Positions 8,900-20,189 of a stretch of 64,000 nucleotides of DNA are shown in pieces. The DNA comes from Candidatus Latescibacterota bacterium (GTDB lineage: Bacteria > Latescibacterota > UBA2968 > UBA8231). The position numbers were made by a program, and so were the translations under genes. The stretch covers positions 4,040,305-4,104,304 of the forward strand of contig CBDCNM010000002.1 in assembly GCA_965219385.1 (NCBI GenBank), in the 5' to 3' direction. Each line of letters begins with the position of its first letter. Position 1 is the first letter of the stretch. Below the pieces are notes generated by a model, which was not told the DNA's origin, searched no databases, and worked only from the letters and a program-made list of their open reading frames with translations.

Positions 8900-9322
8900 A
8901 TGGCTAAAAAGGAACTGGCTCTCATCAAGCTGCAGATGCCCGCGGGACAGGCCAATCCAACCCCGCCCGTGGGGCCGGCACTGGGGCAGCATGGCGTCAA
9001 TATTATGGAATTCTGCAAGGCCTTTAATGCTCAGACTCAGGACAAGCAGGGGTTGATCATACCTGTGGTAATTACGGTTTATGCCGACCGCAGTTTTTCG
9101 TTTATCACCAAAACCCCTCCCGCTGCGGTGCTGTTGAAACGCGCCGCGGGCGTTGAAAAAGGATCGGGGGTACCCAATAGCGAAAAAGTGGCCAGCGTCA
9201 CATCTGAGCAGCTCAGAGAGATTGCCGAGTCGAAAATGGTTGATCTGAATGCCAGGAGCGTCGAGGCGGCGATGTCCATGATCGCCGGCACAGCGCGCAG
9301 CATGGGGATTACCGTAGAATAA
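8900..9322 (+). CDS. rplK: 50S ribosomal protein L11
   Basis: [37 protein letters not shown]. Confidence 0.98.
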   Translation: MAKKELALIKLQMPAGQANPTPPVGPALGQHGVNIMEFCKAFNAQTQDKQGLIIPVVITVYADRSFSFITKTPPAAVLLKRAAGVEKGSGVPNSEKVASVTSEQLREIAESKMVDLNARSVEAAMSMIAGTARSMGITVE

Positions 9323-9385
9323 GTATGTTTGTATAAATATAAGGAATAAGAGAATAAGTATGTTTGTATAAATATAAGGAATAAG
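9316..9385 (+). repeat. Perfect 35-bp tandem duplication (2 copies)
   Basis: agaataagtatgtttgtataaatataaggaataag at 9316-9350 and again at 9351-9385. Confidence 0.95.
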
Positions 9386-9387
9386 CT

Positions 9388-10086
9388 ATGCGTAGAGGGA
9401 AGAAATACAAGCAGGCCCAGGATGACCTAGACAGCAGGCGTCTGTATGGCTGGGAGGAGGGCATAGGGAAACTCAAGTCTTTCCCCAAGAGGGCTCTTGA
9501 CGAAACCGTCGAGCTAGCTTTCAATCTGGGGATCGATGGCCGCCAGGCCGACCAAATTTTGCGGGGCACTTTGATGCTGCCTCACGGCACCGGGAAGGAC
9601 GTTCGGATTCTGGTGTTCACTCAGGGTGAACTCGAGAAAGACGCTCAAGAGGCCGGCGCTGATTTTGTCGGAGCCGCCGACCTGGTTGAAAAAATCCAGG
9701 GTGGATGGCTCGATTTTGATCTGGTTATTGCCTCGCCGGATATGATGGGTCAGGTAGGTAAATTGGGCCGAATATTAGGACCTCGCGGGTTGATGCCCAA
9801 TCCTAAGACCGGCACGGTTACCCGCGAAGTCGAACAGGCCGTCAAGGAGGCCAAGGCTGGACGGATTGAATTTCGCGCGGATAGCAAATCCGGCAATAAC
9901 GCCCAGGGCCCCATTGGCAAGTTGTCCTTTGAGGAAAATGCCCTGATCGAAAACGCCAAGGCCTTTGGCGAAGCCATAATGCGAGCCAGACCCGCCGCGA
10001 CCAAGGGGCAGTTTGTGCGCAAAGTGACCCTGTCCTCTACTATGGGACCGGGTTTGCGGATTGACCCGGCTGTGCTTGCCGCCTGA
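9388..10086 (+). CDS. rplA: 50S ribosomal protein L1
   Basis: [34 protein letters not shown]. Confidence 0.97.
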   Translation: MRRGKKYKQAQDDLDSRRLYGWEEGIGKLKSFPKRALDETVELAFNLGIDGRQADQILRGTLMLPHGTGKDVRILVFTQGELEKDAQEAGADFVGAADLVEKIQGGWLDFDLVIASPDMMGQVGKLGRILGPRGLMPNPKTGTVTREVEQAVKEAKAGRIEFRADSKSGNNAQGPIGKLSFEENALIENAKAFGEAIMRARPAATKGQFVRKVTLSSTMGPGLRIDPAVLAA

Positions 10087-10131
10087 GTCCCAGGGATCAA
10101 ATACTGAGCGATGTAGCTCAAGGATATTAAA

Positions 10132-10653
10132 ATGCCTACTGCTCAAAAAGAACAAGCAGTCGACAGACTGACCACGGCAATAAACCAATCAAAGGCCATT
10201 GTCCTCGCCGATTTTACCGGGATTGATGTTGTCTCGGTTACCAAGTTGCGCGACAAATTCCGCGAAGCTGCCGTGGATTACCGGGTCGTTAAGAACCGCC
10301 TGGCCAAAATAGCTGTCGAGGCCGCCGAGCTCCCTGGACTTGAGGAGCACTTGACGGGGCCTACTGCCATGGCTTTTGCTCAGGATGATCCTCTGGCGCC
10401 GGCCCAGGTTTTGCAGAAGTTCATTGATGACGGGGGAAGGGTCGCCATCAAAACCGGCGTCCTCGATGGCCAGATCCTTTCCCCAGACCAAGTCAAAGCT
10501 CTGGCCTCGCTTCCTTCCCGAGATGAATTGCTTGGCAAAGCCGTTGGTACTATCCAGGGACCGCTATTTGCTTTTGTGGGGGGGCTGAATGGCTTGTTAA
10601 CCAATCTGGTGGGGGTCCTTTCCGCCATCGAGAAAAAACAGCAGGAAGGTTAG
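10132..10653 (+). CDS. rplJ: 50S ribosomal protein L10
   Basis: [30 protein letters not shown]; lies between rplA and rplL. Confidence 0.95.
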   Translation: MPTAQKEQAVDRLTTAINQSKAIVLADFTGIDVVSVTKLRDKFREAAVDYRVVKNRLAKIAVEAAELPGLEEHLTGPTAMAFAQDDPLAPAQVLQKFIDDGGRVAIKTGVLDGQILSPDQVKALASLPSRDELLGKAVGTIQGPLFAFVGGLNGLLTNLVGVLSAIEKKQQEG

Positions 10654-10727
10654 AAAATATTTATCTTGGCTTTGAGAGAAGGATGATTTAAGGCTCTTTG
10701 CATAATCTCACTATGGAGGATTGAATA

Positions 10728-11132
10728 ATGACGGAAGAAACCACTGCTAATCCCAAACTTGACGAGATTATCGAAACTATAGGCAGTCTGACTGTTCTCG
10801 AACTTGCCGAACTCGTCAAGGCCCTGGAAGACAAGTTCGGCGTTTCTGCCGCTGCGCCGGTAATGATGGCGGGTGCGGCACCTGCAGGGGCAGGTGTTGA
10901 AGAAGCCGCCGAGGAAGAGAAGGATTCATTCGACGTCATCCTTACGGGGGCAGGCGACAAAAAGATCCAGGTAATCAAAGCAGTTCGAGAGATTACCAGT
11001 CTAGGGCTCAAGGAAGCCAAAGCTCTGGTCGACGAGGCTCCCAATCCGCTTAAAGAGGGTGTTACGAAGCAGGAAGCTGAGGAGATTCAAACCCGCTTGA
11101 CGGAAGCTGGAGGTACTGTGGAGATCAAATAG
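10728..11132 (+). CDS. rplL: 50S ribosomal protein L7/L12
   Basis: [47 protein letters not shown]. Confidence 0.97.
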   Translation: MTEETTANPKLDEIIETIGSLTVLELAELVKALEDKFGVSAAAPVMMAGAAPAGAGVEEAAEEEKDSFDVILTGAGDKKIQVIKAVREITSLGLKEAKALVDEAPNPLKEGVTKQEAEEIQTRLTEAGGTVEIK

Positions 11133-11188
11133 GGAAAAGCCAGATAGACTTGTCTGCCGATGAAATATTCTTCTGCAGTGCATCGTTG

Positions 11189-11250
11189 AAAGCTCATGGA
11201 TGTCGTCATTCTCTCAAGCTGAGAGGATGAACATAACTTCGTGAGCTTTT
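11189..11250 (+). promoter_or_regulatory. Long hairpin in the rplL-rpoB spacer (attenuator or processing stem)
   Basis: Outer stem aaagctcatgga/ttcgtgagcttt and inner stem tcattctctca-agc-tgagaggatga, with G-U pairs on the + strand. Confidence 0.55.
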
Positions 11251-11279
11251 GGCTTAATCCGCAAGAAGGAGCTGTGATC

Positions 11280-14200
11280 TTGAGCAAGCAGAACGGAAGT
11301 GTTGAAAGACGATCTTTGGGCAAAATCAAAGAAATCGTCGAAATGCCGAATCTACTCTCGGTTCAAACAGATTCCTACCAGTCGTTCTTGCAACTCGAAA
11401 TTCCTCCCCGGCAGCGACAGAGAAGAGGATTGCATCTGGTCTTCGAGAGTATTTTTCCGGTAACGGATGTGCACGGGATCTATTCTCTTGAATACGTCGG
11501 GTACTCTGTAGGCAATCCCCGTTATAGCGTGGAAGAATGCCGCGAACGGGGCATGACTTTTGCAGCCCCATTAAGGGCTTCATTGCGGCTCGTCACGCGC
11601 GATAAGGAGAGTCCCGACAGTCCGGTCAAGGATGTCGTCGAACAATCTGTCTTTCTGGGGGAATTGCCATTGATGACAGACCAAGGCACCTTTATCATCA
11701 ACGGTGCCGAACGGGTGGTCGTCAGCCAACTGCACCGATCGCCAGGTGTATTCTTCGATGAGACAATGCACCCCAATGGCAAGCGCCTTTTCTCCGCCCG
11801 CATTCTTCCTTCAAAGGGACCCTGGCTCGAATTCAGCATGGACATAAATGATATTATGTATGTCCATATCGACCGTCGTCGTAAACTGCCTGCTTCTCTG
11901 TTGCTAAGGGCTCTGGGATTTTCAAAGAATGGCGAAATCCTCAGCCTTTTCCGCGAGGATGTAGAAGTCGAGGTAAACGATGAAATCGTCGGTCGCATAA
12001 ACAGTAGCGAGGACATTGTTGATGAGAGCACCGGCGAGATTATCCTCGAGGCCTTCGACACCATCGATGAAGAGCGCCTTGAAGCCCTGAGGAATGCCAG
12101 GATCGCAAAGGTGACGGTTCTGTTGAAAGCCGCGGGCAATGATCCCGAAATAATTGAAAATACATTGAAGAAGGATCCCAGCGAAAGCGAGGAAGATGCC
12201 CTTACGCGCATTTACAACCTCCTGCGTCCGGGCGACCCTCCGAATATAGAGACGGCTCGCGGTCTTCTCGACCGCCAGTTTTTCAACGCCAAGAGGTACA
12301 ATCTTGGAGATGTCGGTCGTTACCGCATCAACAGTCGCCTCGACCTCGGATTGCCTTTTCAGAGTACGGTTTTACACCTGGAAGATTTCATCGTTATCAT
12401 ACGTTACTTGTTGCAACTCCGCATGGGCCAGGGGCATACCGATGACATCGATCATCTGGGCAATCGCCGGGTCCGCCTGGTCGGCGAACTACTGTCCAAC
12501 CAGTTCAGTGTTGGTCTGACCCGCATGGCCCGGACTATTCGAGAGCGCATGAGTCTACGGGACGATGAGCAGGTCACGCCGCACGACCTGGTCAATGCCC
12601 GTACGGTTTCCACGGTGATACAGGCGTTTTTCGGCAGCAGTCAACTCTCACAGTTCATGCAGCAAACAAATCCTCTCGACGAACTCACCCACAAACGCCG
12701 TTTGAGTGCGCTGGGTCCGGGTGGTTTGAGCCGCGATCGGGCAGGTTTTGAGGTTCGCGATGTCCACTATACTCACTACGGAAGGATTTGCCCTATTGAA
12801 ACCCCAGAAGGGCCTAATATCGGGCTGATCTCTTCGCTCAGCACCTACGCTCGGGTGAATTCCTTCGGGTTTGTAGAGACTCCCTACCGCAAGGTTGTAG
12901 ATGGAATCGCCTCGGCTGATATTGAGTTTCTCACCGCGGGTCAAGAGGACAGATACACCATTGCCCAGGCCAATGAGCCCCTGGATGATAAAGGGCAATT
13001 TCTCAACCCATTGGTCAAAGCGCGGCAGCGGGACGACTATCCCATGGTCTCTCCCGATGAAGTAGACTACATGGATGTATCGCCCAAGCAATTGGTGAGT
13101 GCCGCGGCTGCCCTGATCCCCTTCCTTGAGCACGACGATGCCAACAGGGCGTTAATGGGGTCAAATATGCAGCGCCAGGCCGTTCCTCTGCTTTTTACCG
13201 AAGCACCCCTGGTGGGGACCGGTATGGAGAGCAAGGTCGCCAGAGATTCAGGCGCCCTGGTACTCGCACGCAATCCCGGCGAGGTCGCCAAGGTAGAAGC
13301 CGACCGCATCATCGTGCGTCGCGATAAAAAGCACAGCACGCCGCTTTCTTCTCTCGACGCGGCGGATGAAGACGAGTACAAGCTGATCAAGTTTAGCCGT
13401 TCAAATCAGGATTGTTGCATCAACCAGCGTCCTCTGGTGCATATCGGCGACAAGATTGACAAAGGGCAGATTCTGGCGGATGGACCTGCTACCAAACAAG
13501 GAGATCTGGCTCTAGGGGTTAATGCCTTGGTCGCTTTTATGTCCTGGAACGGGTACAATTTCGAGGATGCGATCGTAATCAGCGAGCGGCTTCTCAAAAA
13601 GGATATTTTTACCTCGATTCACATTGAGGAATTCGAACTGCAGGTCCGCGATACCAAGCGCGGCCAGGAGGAAATTACGCGCGAAATTCCCAATATCAGC
13701 GAAGGGGCGGTGCGCAACCTGGACGACGAGGGAATCGTGCGCATCGGTGCCGAGGTCGGACCTGGGGATATCCTCGTGGGTAAGGTAACTCCCAAAGGCG
13801 AGACGGAGTTGTCCCCCGAGGAACGATTGCTGCGTGCTATCTTTGGGGAAAAAGCCGGGGACGTTCGCGATGCTTCTCTCAAAGCACCTCCTGGGATGGA
13901 AGGTGTCGTGATTGATCGCAAGGTTTTTTCTCGCAAAGAACGGAGTGAAACCTCTCGCAAGAAGGAGAAGAACGAGATAGCCGCTCTGCGGGCTGAGGCA
14001 GAGGAAAAAATCGTGCGGCTTCGCGGGGAGAGGGATCAGCAACTCCTCGAGCTGCTCCAGGGACACAAAATGGGGCGTCTGCGCAGTATGGAAGACGATA
14101 GTATCGTAGTGCGCGAAGGGACCCAATTGACCGAGAGGCTGCTCGAACGAATAGATTTCTCCCAGGTTGCGCCGGAGGAGAAATGGACCGACGACGAAGA

Positions 14201-15068
14201 GCTGGACGAGAAGATCGAGCTTTTGCTGCGCTACGCCAGCGAACAGATTCAGCTGATTGAGGAACAGACCGAGCGGCAGATTGAACGCCTCATGCGAGGA
14301 GATGAGCTGCCGCCGGGTATCGTCCAACTGGTCAAAGTCTACGTTGCCAAGAGACGCAAACTGGCGGTGGGCGACAAAATGGCCGGGCGGCACGGCAATA
14401 AAGGTGTGGTGGCACACATCGTTCCCGAGGAGGATATGCCCTATTTAGAGGACGGTACTCCCGTGGATGTCTGCCTGAACCCGCTCGGGGTGCCGTCGCG
14501 CATGAATCTCGGACAGATTTTCGAGACGCATCTGGGCATGGCCGCGCATAATCTGGGATTGCACATGGCCACTCCGGTCTTCGATGGTGCTTCTCTAAAC
14601 GAAGTCAAAGATTATCTTGATGATGCCGGATTCTCTGGGGATGGCAAGGCTGTACTCTACGATGGACGTTCCGGGGAATGTCTCGATAAGCGGGTTACCG
14701 TTGGCTATATTTACATGATGAAACTTTCACATCTGGTCGCCGACAAGATTCACGCCCGTTCGATAGGGCCTTATTCCCTCGTCACTCAGCAACCGCTGGG
14801 TGGAAAAGCCCAGTTCGGTGGGCAGAGATTCGGCGAGATGGAGGTCTGGGCTCTGGAAGCATACGGTTCGGCCTATACCCTGCAGGAGATGTTGACTGTC
14901 AAATCAGACGATGTGGCCGGCCGCTCTAAAATTTACGAGGCCATTGTCAAGGGGGAGAATTCTCCTGAGCCAGGTATTCCAGAATCTTTCAATGTGCTGG
15001 TCAAGGAGTTGCAGAGTCTCTGTCTGGACGTCATTCTGGAAGATGGCAGAGTAGCCGAACTTTACTGA
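11280..15068 (+). CDS. rpoB: RNA polymerase beta subunit
   Basis: [40 protein letters not shown]. Start chosen at TTG 11280, downstream of SD aggag (the ORF track opens at 11241). Confidence 0.99.
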   Translation: MSKQNGSVERRSLGKIKEIVEMPNLLSVQTDSYQSFLQLEIPPRQRQRRGLHLVFESIFPVTDVHGIYSLEYVGYSVGNPRYSVEECRERGMTFAAPLRASLRLVTRDKESPDSPVKDVVEQSVFLGELPLMTDQGTFIINGAERVVVSQLHRSPGVFFDETMHPNGKRLFSARILPSKGPWLEFSMDINDIMYVHIDRRRKLPASLLLRALGFSKNGEILSLFREDVEVEVNDEIVGRINSSEDIVDESTGEIILEAFDTIDEERLEALRNARIAKVTVLLKAAGNDPEIIENTLKKDPSESEEDALTRIYNLLRPGDPPNIETARGLLDRQFFNAKRYNLGDVGRYRINSRLDLGLPFQSTVLHLEDFIVIIRYLLQLRMGQGHTDDIDHLGNRRVRLVGELLSNQFSVGLTRMARTIRERMSLRDDEQVTPHDLVNARTVSTVIQAFFGSSQLSQFMQQTNPLDELTHKRRLSALGPGGLSRDRAGFEVRDVHYTHYGRICPIETPEGPNIGLISSLSTYARVNSFGFVETPYRKVVDGIASADIEFLTAGQEDRYTIAQANEPLDDKGQFLNPLVKARQRDDYPMVSPDEVDYMDVSPKQLVSAAAALIPFLEHDDANRALMGSNMQRQAVPLLFTEAPLVGTGMESKVARDSGALVLARNPGEVAKVEADRIIVRRDKKHSTPLSSLDAADEDEYKLIKFSRSNQDCCINQRPLVHIGDKIDKGQILADGPATKQGDLALGVNALVAFMSWNGYNFEDAIVISERLLKKDIFTSIHIEEFELQVRDTKRGQEEITREIPNISEGAVRNLDDEGIVRIGAEVGPGDILVGKVTPKGETELSPEERLLRAIFGEKAGDVRDASLKAPPGMEGVVIDRKVFSRKERSETSRKKEKNEIAALRAEAEEKIVRLRGERDQQLLELLQGHKMGRLRSMEDDSIVVREGTQLTERLLERIDFSQVAPEEKWTDDEELDEKIELLLRYASEQIQLIEEQTERQIERLMRGDELPPGIVQLVKVYVAKRRKLAVGDKMAGRHGNKGVVAHIVPEEDMPYLEDGTPVDVCLNPLGVPSRMNLGQIFETHLGMAAHNLGLHMATPVFDGASLNEVKDYLDDAGFSGDGKAVLYDGRSGECLDKRVTVGYIYMMKLSHLVADKIHARSIGPYSLVTQQPLGGKAQFGGQRFGEMEVWALEAYGSAYTLQEMLTVKSDDVAGRSKIYEAIVKGENSPEPGIPESFNVLVKELQSLCLDVILEDGRVAELY

Positions 15069-15115
15069 GTCGGATTGACCACATCTGTGTAGGTCACCAA
15101 AAAAAGGGGGCTGCA

Positions 15116-18100
15116 GTGTTAGGAAATACAAATACAAATATTTTGAGAAAACCGACCGATTTCGATTCGATCCGCATCCAGCTTGCCTCTCCCGAGACCA
15201 TTCGCGCCTGGTCCCATGGCGAGGTAACTAAACCTGAAACCATTAATTACCGATCTTTTAAGCCCGAACGCGACGGACTTTTTTGCGAGCGCATATTCGG
15301 ACCCGTGAAAGATTGGACTTGTCATTGCGGAAAATACAAGGGAATCCGCTACCGCGGAGTAGTCTGCGATCGCTGCGGAGTGGAGGTGACCCAGGCCAAG
15401 GTGCGGCGCGAGCGCCTGGGGCATATTGAACTGGCCGTACCGGTGTCCCACATATGGTATTTCAAGTCTCTGCCATCGCGCATCGGGGCCCTGCTGGATA
15501 TTACTATGCGCAATCTCGAAAGAATCCTCTACTACGAATCCTACGTCGTCATCAATCCCGTGGACGCGCCGCTTGAAAGCATGTCCCTGCTCACCGAGGA
15601 AGAGTTGATCGAATTGCAGGAGCAAGGTCTGGAACCGGTGGTCGGCATGGGCGCACCGGCGGTCAAGGAACTGCTTGCCCAAATCGATATTGAGGAACTT
15701 TCCGCCGAGTTGCGGACCCAGGTCAGGATGGAGACCTCGATTCAGCGCAAACAGGAAGCCCTGAAGCGCCTCAAAGTCGTAGAGGCTTTCCGGCAGTCCG
15801 AAAACCGTCCTGAGTGGATGATTCTGGAAAACGTTCCGGTCATACCTCCCGATCTGCGGCCTCTGGTACCCCTGGAGGGGGGGCGGTTCGCCACTTCGGA
15901 CCTGAACGATTTGTACCGTCGGGTCATCAACCGCAACAACCGTCTGAAGAAACTGATAAGTATCAAGGCGCCCGAAGTCATCTTGCGCAATGAGAAACGC
16001 ATGCTCCAGGAGGCCGTAGATGCCCTCTTCGACAATGGGCGTCGGTCTCGAGCTGTGCGCGGCGACGGCAATCGGTCGCTCAAATCTCTCAGCGACTTGC
16101 TGAAAGGGAAACAAGGGCGTTTCCGCCAGAATCTATTGGGCAAACGGGTCGATTATTCCGGTCGTTCAGTAATCGTGGTGGGACCTGAGTTGAAATTGCA
16201 TCAGTGTGGTCTGCCCAAGAGTATGGCCCTGGAACTTTTCAAGCCTTTTGTGATAAAAAAGCTCGAAGAAAAGGGGCTGGTACAGACGGTCAAGAGCGCC
16301 AAGAAACTGGTCGAGCGGGAACGTCCCGAGGTCTGGGATATTCTCGAAGAGATTATCGATGACCACTGCGTTTTGCTCAATCGGGCGCCGACTCTTCACC
16401 GTCTGGGAATTCAGGCATTTCAGCCGATCCTGGTGGAGGGTAAGGCAGTGCGCCTGCATCCTCTGGTTTGCGCCGCCTTCAATGCGGATTTTGACGGCGA
16501 CCAGATGGCCGTCCACGTCCCCTTGTCCTTTGAAGCCCAGATTGAAGCTCGTCTCCTCATGCTGGCTTCCAACAACATTCTAAAGCCCGCCGACGGCGAG
16601 CCCGTTATCATGGACAATCCCCAGGATATCCTCCTGGGATCCTACTATTTAACCAAGGTGAAGTTCAGTGAGGGCGGCAAGACAGAACGTCGTTTCGCCA
16701 ACCCAATCGAGGCAAGGGCTGCATATGAAGCAGGGCGCATTACCCTGCATCAGCCGATCAAGGTGCGCATTGATAATGAACTTGTCGACACCACGGTCGG
16801 GCGCCTCATTTTCAACGAAGTCCTTCCTCCAGAGATCGGTTTTATCAACCGTGGAGTTGCCAAGGACGATATTAAGAAAATCACCGCAGAGGTGCACCGT
16901 CACCTGGGCAATCGGCGCACGGCCGAATTCGTCGACCAGCTCAAGAAGATGGGGTACCACTATGCTACCTTGGCTGGTATCACCATTGCGATTGACGATG
17001 TGGTGGTGCCCGAGGAAAAAGACGAGGTGATCGCTAGTGCGCTCCAGGAAGTAGACAAGGTTCGCGATCAGTACGCCAATGGCATCATCACGGATGGCGA
17101 GCGCTACAATAAAGTTATCGATATCTGGACCCATGCCACTCAAGCAGTATCCCGGGTCATGCAAAAGACCCTGGAAAACGCGGAAGAGGGCTTTAACTCC
17201 GTGTATATCATGAAGGATTCCGGGGCTCGTGGAAACGAGGACCAGATCAAGCAGTTGGGTGGAATGCGGGGATTGATGAATAAGCCCCAAAAGAAGCTGA
17301 CAGGCGCAGTGGGCGAAATCATCGAGACCCCTATTATCGCCTCCTTCAAGGAAGGATTGTCCGTACTCGAATACTTTATCTCGACCCATGGCGCCCGCAA
17401 AGGCCTTGCCGATACCGCGCTCAAAACCGCAGAGGCAGGGTATCTGACCCGGCGCATGGTAGACGTGGCCCAGGATGTGGTAATCAGTGAGGAAGACTGC
17501 AACACAGGCCAGGGGATCAAAATCAGCGCTCTCAAGGATGGGGAAGATATCGTCGAGCCGCTGGCCGATCGCATCGTGGGACGCGTGTTGCTCGAGGATG
17601 CAGTGGATCCGGACGACCAGGCGGTGCTTAAAGCCGGGACCCTGCTCGAAGAAGCAGATGCCAATACAATCGCCCAGGTCGGCCTAGAGGAGGTGCGCAT
17701 TCGTTCGGTCCTGACCTGCGAGTCCGATCGGGGGGTTTGCGCCAAGTGCTACGGCCGCAACCTGGCTTCGGGAAAGATGGTCAACGTAGGCGAGGCCGTG
17801 GGGGTGATTGCCGCGCAAAGTATTGGAGAACCCGGTACTCAGTTGACCCTGCGCACCTTTCACATCGGCGGTACGGCGAGCAGGATCGCCGAACAATCGC
17901 AGATCCCCGCCCGCCTTCAGGGACGGGTCCATTTCGTCAATATCGACACCGTTGACAATCCGGAACTGGGACCAATCATTATTGGGCGCAATGGCGAAAT
18001 TCACCTGCTCGATGAGCAGAACAGAATGAGAGCGCGTGCCAATGTGCAGTACGGGGCTCTCCTGAAGGTAAAAGACGGCGAGGAGGTAGAAGCAGGGCAG

Positions 18101-19228
18101 GTGCTCTACGAATGGGATCCGTATAACAATGTCATCATTGCGGATCGCTCCGGCACCATAAAGTTCACCGATATCATCGATGGTGTAACCATGCGCGAAG
18201 AGTTCGATGAAACCACGGGTATGAGTGCTCGGAGCATCGTCGAGCAGCGGGATCGTTCCTTGAATCCTCAAATCGAGATTGTGAGTCCGGAACGCGGCAC
18301 TCGTTCCTACATCATCCCGGTCGGAGCCCATCTGTTGGTAAACGATGAAGCCGAGATTCAGCCAGGACAGGTTCTGGTAAAGATCCCCCGAGAGCGCACC
18401 AAGACCCGCGATATAACCGGCGGTCTACCCCGGGTTGCCGAACTTTTCGAGGCACGGCGCCCCAAGGAGCCGGCGGTGATTTCGGAGATTGATGGAATGG
18501 TCACTATGGGGGGCCTTGTACGGGGTAACTTCGAGTTGATAGTTACCCCGCCAGACGGCGAAGAGCGCAAATACCTGGTGCCTTACGGCAAGCATTTGCG
18601 GGTTCACGAAGGCGACCATATAGAAGCGGGCGAGAGCCTCTCTGAAGGACCAGAAAGCCCTCTGGATATCCTGAGGGTGCAAGGGGTGACCAAGGTTCAG
18701 GAGTATCTGGTGAACGAAATTCAGGATGTGTACCGACTGCAAGCGGTGAAAATCAATGACCGCCACATTGAAGTTATCGTCAAGCAGATGCTGCAGAAGG
18801 TGCGGGTTTTGGATCCTGGAGACACCAACTTTCTGGAAGGCGAAGAGGTAGATAAGATCCGCTTCAATAAGGAGAACGAGAAGGTCTTGAACGAAGGTGG
18901 AGATCCTGCTACCTGTCACCCGATTCTCCTTGGTATTACCCGGGCCTCTTTGAGGACGGATAGTTTTATCTCTGCTGCCTCTTTTCAAGAGACCACCCGG
19001 GTATTGACCGAGGCCGCTGTTCAGGGCAAGGTCGACCACCTCCGAGGGCTCAAGGAAAACGTCATCATCGGCCGCCTGATTCCAGCAGGGACTGGTACCA
19101 GTCTCTATCGCTCGGTTGGCTATGACGATATCGAGCCCGATGAAGAGGTCAAAGGCGCCGAAAATGTGGAAGCTTTGGAATCTGTCCACGCCGAAGCGGA
19201 GGCTGAGGCCGGTGTTTTGGGTGAGTAG
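15116..19228 (+). CDS. rpoC: RNA polymerase beta' subunit
   Basis: Catalytic NADFDGD, N-terminal Zn ribbon, trigger loop TFHIGG with a large SI3-type insertion before DITGGLPRV. Confidence 0.99.
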   Translation: MLGNTNTNILRKPTDFDSIRIQLASPETIRAWSHGEVTKPETINYRSFKPERDGLFCERIFGPVKDWTCHCGKYKGIRYRGVVCDRCGVEVTQAKVRRERLGHIELAVPVSHIWYFKSLPSRIGALLDITMRNLERILYYESYVVINPVDAPLESMSLLTEEELIELQEQGLEPVVGMGAPAVKELLAQIDIEELSAELRTQVRMETSIQRKQEALKRLKVVEAFRQSENRPEWMILENVPVIPPDLRPLVPLEGGRFATSDLNDLYRRVINRNNRLKKLISIKAPEVILRNEKRMLQEAVDALFDNGRRSRAVRGDGNRSLKSLSDLLKGKQGRFRQNLLGKRVDYSGRSVIVVGPELKLHQCGLPKSMALELFKPFVIKKLEEKGLVQTVKSAKKLVERERPEVWDILEEIIDDHCVLLNRAPTLHRLGIQAFQPILVEGKAVRLHPLVCAAFNADFDGDQMAVHVPLSFEAQIEARLLMLASNNILKPADGEPVIMDNPQDILLGSYYLTKVKFSEGGKTERRFANPIEARAAYEAGRITLHQPIKVRIDNELVDTTVGRLIFNEVLPPEIGFINRGVAKDDIKKITAEVHRHLGNRRTAEFVDQLKKMGYHYATLAGITIAIDDVVVPEEKDEVIASALQEVDKVRDQYANGIITDGERYNKVIDIWTHATQAVSRVMQKTLENAEEGFNSVYIMKDSGARGNEDQIKQLGGMRGLMNKPQKKLTGAVGEIIETPIIASFKEGLSVLEYFISTHGARKGLADTALKTAEAGYLTRRMVDVAQDVVISEEDCNTGQGIKISALKDGEDIVEPLADRIVGRVLLEDAVDPDDQAVLKAGTLLEEADANTIAQVGLEEVRIRSVLTCESDRGVCAKCYGRNLASGKMVNVGEAVGVIAAQSIGEPGTQLTLRTFHIGGTASRIAEQSQIPARLQGRVHFVNIDTVDNPELGPIIIGRNGEIHLLDEQNRMRARANVQYGALLKVKDGEEVEAGQVLYEWDPYNNVIIADRSGTIKFTDIIDGVTMREEFDETTGMSARSIVEQRDRSLNPQIEIVSPERGTRSYIIPVGAHLLVNDEAEIQPGQVLVKIPRERTKTRDITGGLPRVAELFEARRPKEPAVISEIDGMVTMGGLVRGNFELIVTPPDGEERKYLVPYGKHLRVHEGDHIEAGESLSEGPESPLDILRVQGVTKVQEYLVNEIQDVYRLQAVKINDRHIEVIVKQMLQKVRVLDPGDTNFLEGEEVDKIRFNKENEKVLNEGGDPATCHPILLGITRASLRTDSFISAASFQETTRVLTEAAVQGKVDHLRGLKENVIIGRLIPAGTGTSLYRSVGYDDIEPDEEVKGAENVEALESVHAEAEAEAGVLGE

Positions 19229-19233
19229 ACCTA

Positions 19234-19262
19234 TTGACAGAAACCAACCTAGTGCTTAAATT
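19234..19262 (+). promoter_or_regulatory. Putative sigma-70 promoter of the str operon
   Basis: TTGACA-N17-TAAATT between rpoC and rpsL. Confidence 0.65.
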
Positions 19263-19293
19263 AAAAGTTTTATGCTAGAAAGGGTTTTTCGTC

Positions 19294-19668
19294 TTGCCGA
19301 CGATAAATCAACTGGTCCGTAAAGGACGCAGAAAAATCCATAAGAAGAAGGACGCTCCGGCTCTTGAAGCCTGTCCGCAACGCCGTGGGGTTTGCACCCG
19401 TGTCTATACGACGACGCCCAAGAAACCCAATTCGGCCCTGCGCAAAATGGCCCGCGTGCGTCTCACTACGGGTACGGAAGTAACCGCGTATATTCCCGGA
19501 GAGGGGAATAATCTCCAGGAACATTCTATTGTTCTGGTTCGCGGCGGCAGAGTCAAGGACTGTCCGGGGGTGCGCTACCATATCATCCGGGGGGTATTGG
19601 ATACCAGCGGGGTGGTAGAACGCCGGCAAGGCCGCTCCAAATACGGTGCCAGAAGGCCTGACAAGTAG
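19294..19668 (+). CDS. rpsL: 30S ribosomal protein S12
   Basis: [32 protein letters not shown] start. Confidence 0.98.
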   Translation: MPTINQLVRKGRRKIHKKKDAPALEACPQRRGVCTRVYTTTPKKPNSALRKMARVRLTTGTEVTAYIPGEGNNLQEHSIVLVRGGRVKDCPGVRYHIIRGVLDTSGVVERRQGRSKYGARRPDK

Positions 19669-19687
19669 CAATTCGGGAAAAAGGTTT

Positions 19688-20158
19688 ATGCCACGTAGAA
19701 AACGGGTTGTTAAAAGGCAATTATTGCCGGATCCCAAGTACCACAACGTACTCGCTACGCGCTTTATAAATAGCCTTATGAAACAGGGAAAAAAGAGCGT
19801 GGCCGAGGTTATTTTTTATAGCGCGGTAGATCTGGTCAACCAACGCAGTGACCAGGACGGGATGGAGATTTTCCAGAAGGCCGTCGAAAATGTAAAGCCG
19901 ATAGTCATGGTCCGTTCAAGGCGGGTTGGAGGTGCCACCTACCAGGTTCCCGTGGAAGTGCGGTACGATGAACGAACCGCCCGTTCAATTCGATGGCTCA
20001 TCCGATTTGCACGGGAACGCTCTGAACGGACTATGGCCGAGCGCCTGGCCAATGAGTTCCTGGCGGCAGCCAAGGGAGAAGGAGGCGCCGTGCGGCAGCG
20101 CGAAGAAGCTCACCGGATGGCCGAAGCCAATAGAGCTTTTGCTCATTACCGGTTCTAA
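19688..20158 (+). CDS. rpsG: 30S ribosomal protein S7
   Basis: [29 protein letters not shown]; start at ATG 19688. Confidence 0.98.
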   Translation: MPRRKRVVKRQLLPDPKYHNVLATRFINSLMKQGKKSVAEVIFYSAVDLVNQRSDQDGMEIFQKAVENVKPIVMVRSRRVGGATYQVPVEVRYDERTARSIRWLIRFARERSERTMAERLANEFLAAAKGEGGAVRQREEAHRMAEANRAFAHYRF

Positions 20159-20189
20159 GAAGTCTTCTAAACGAAAAAATCCGAGTCTA

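Noticed and set aside
9316..9385. 35-bp repeat as a CRISPR array
   Set aside because: Two directly adjacent copies, no spacer and no cas genes.
19926..20189. N-terminal extension of EF-G (and similar upstream extensions of rpsG, rplW, secE, batC, batE)
   Set aside because: They overlap upstream genes; conserved sequence begins at the downstream starts used.
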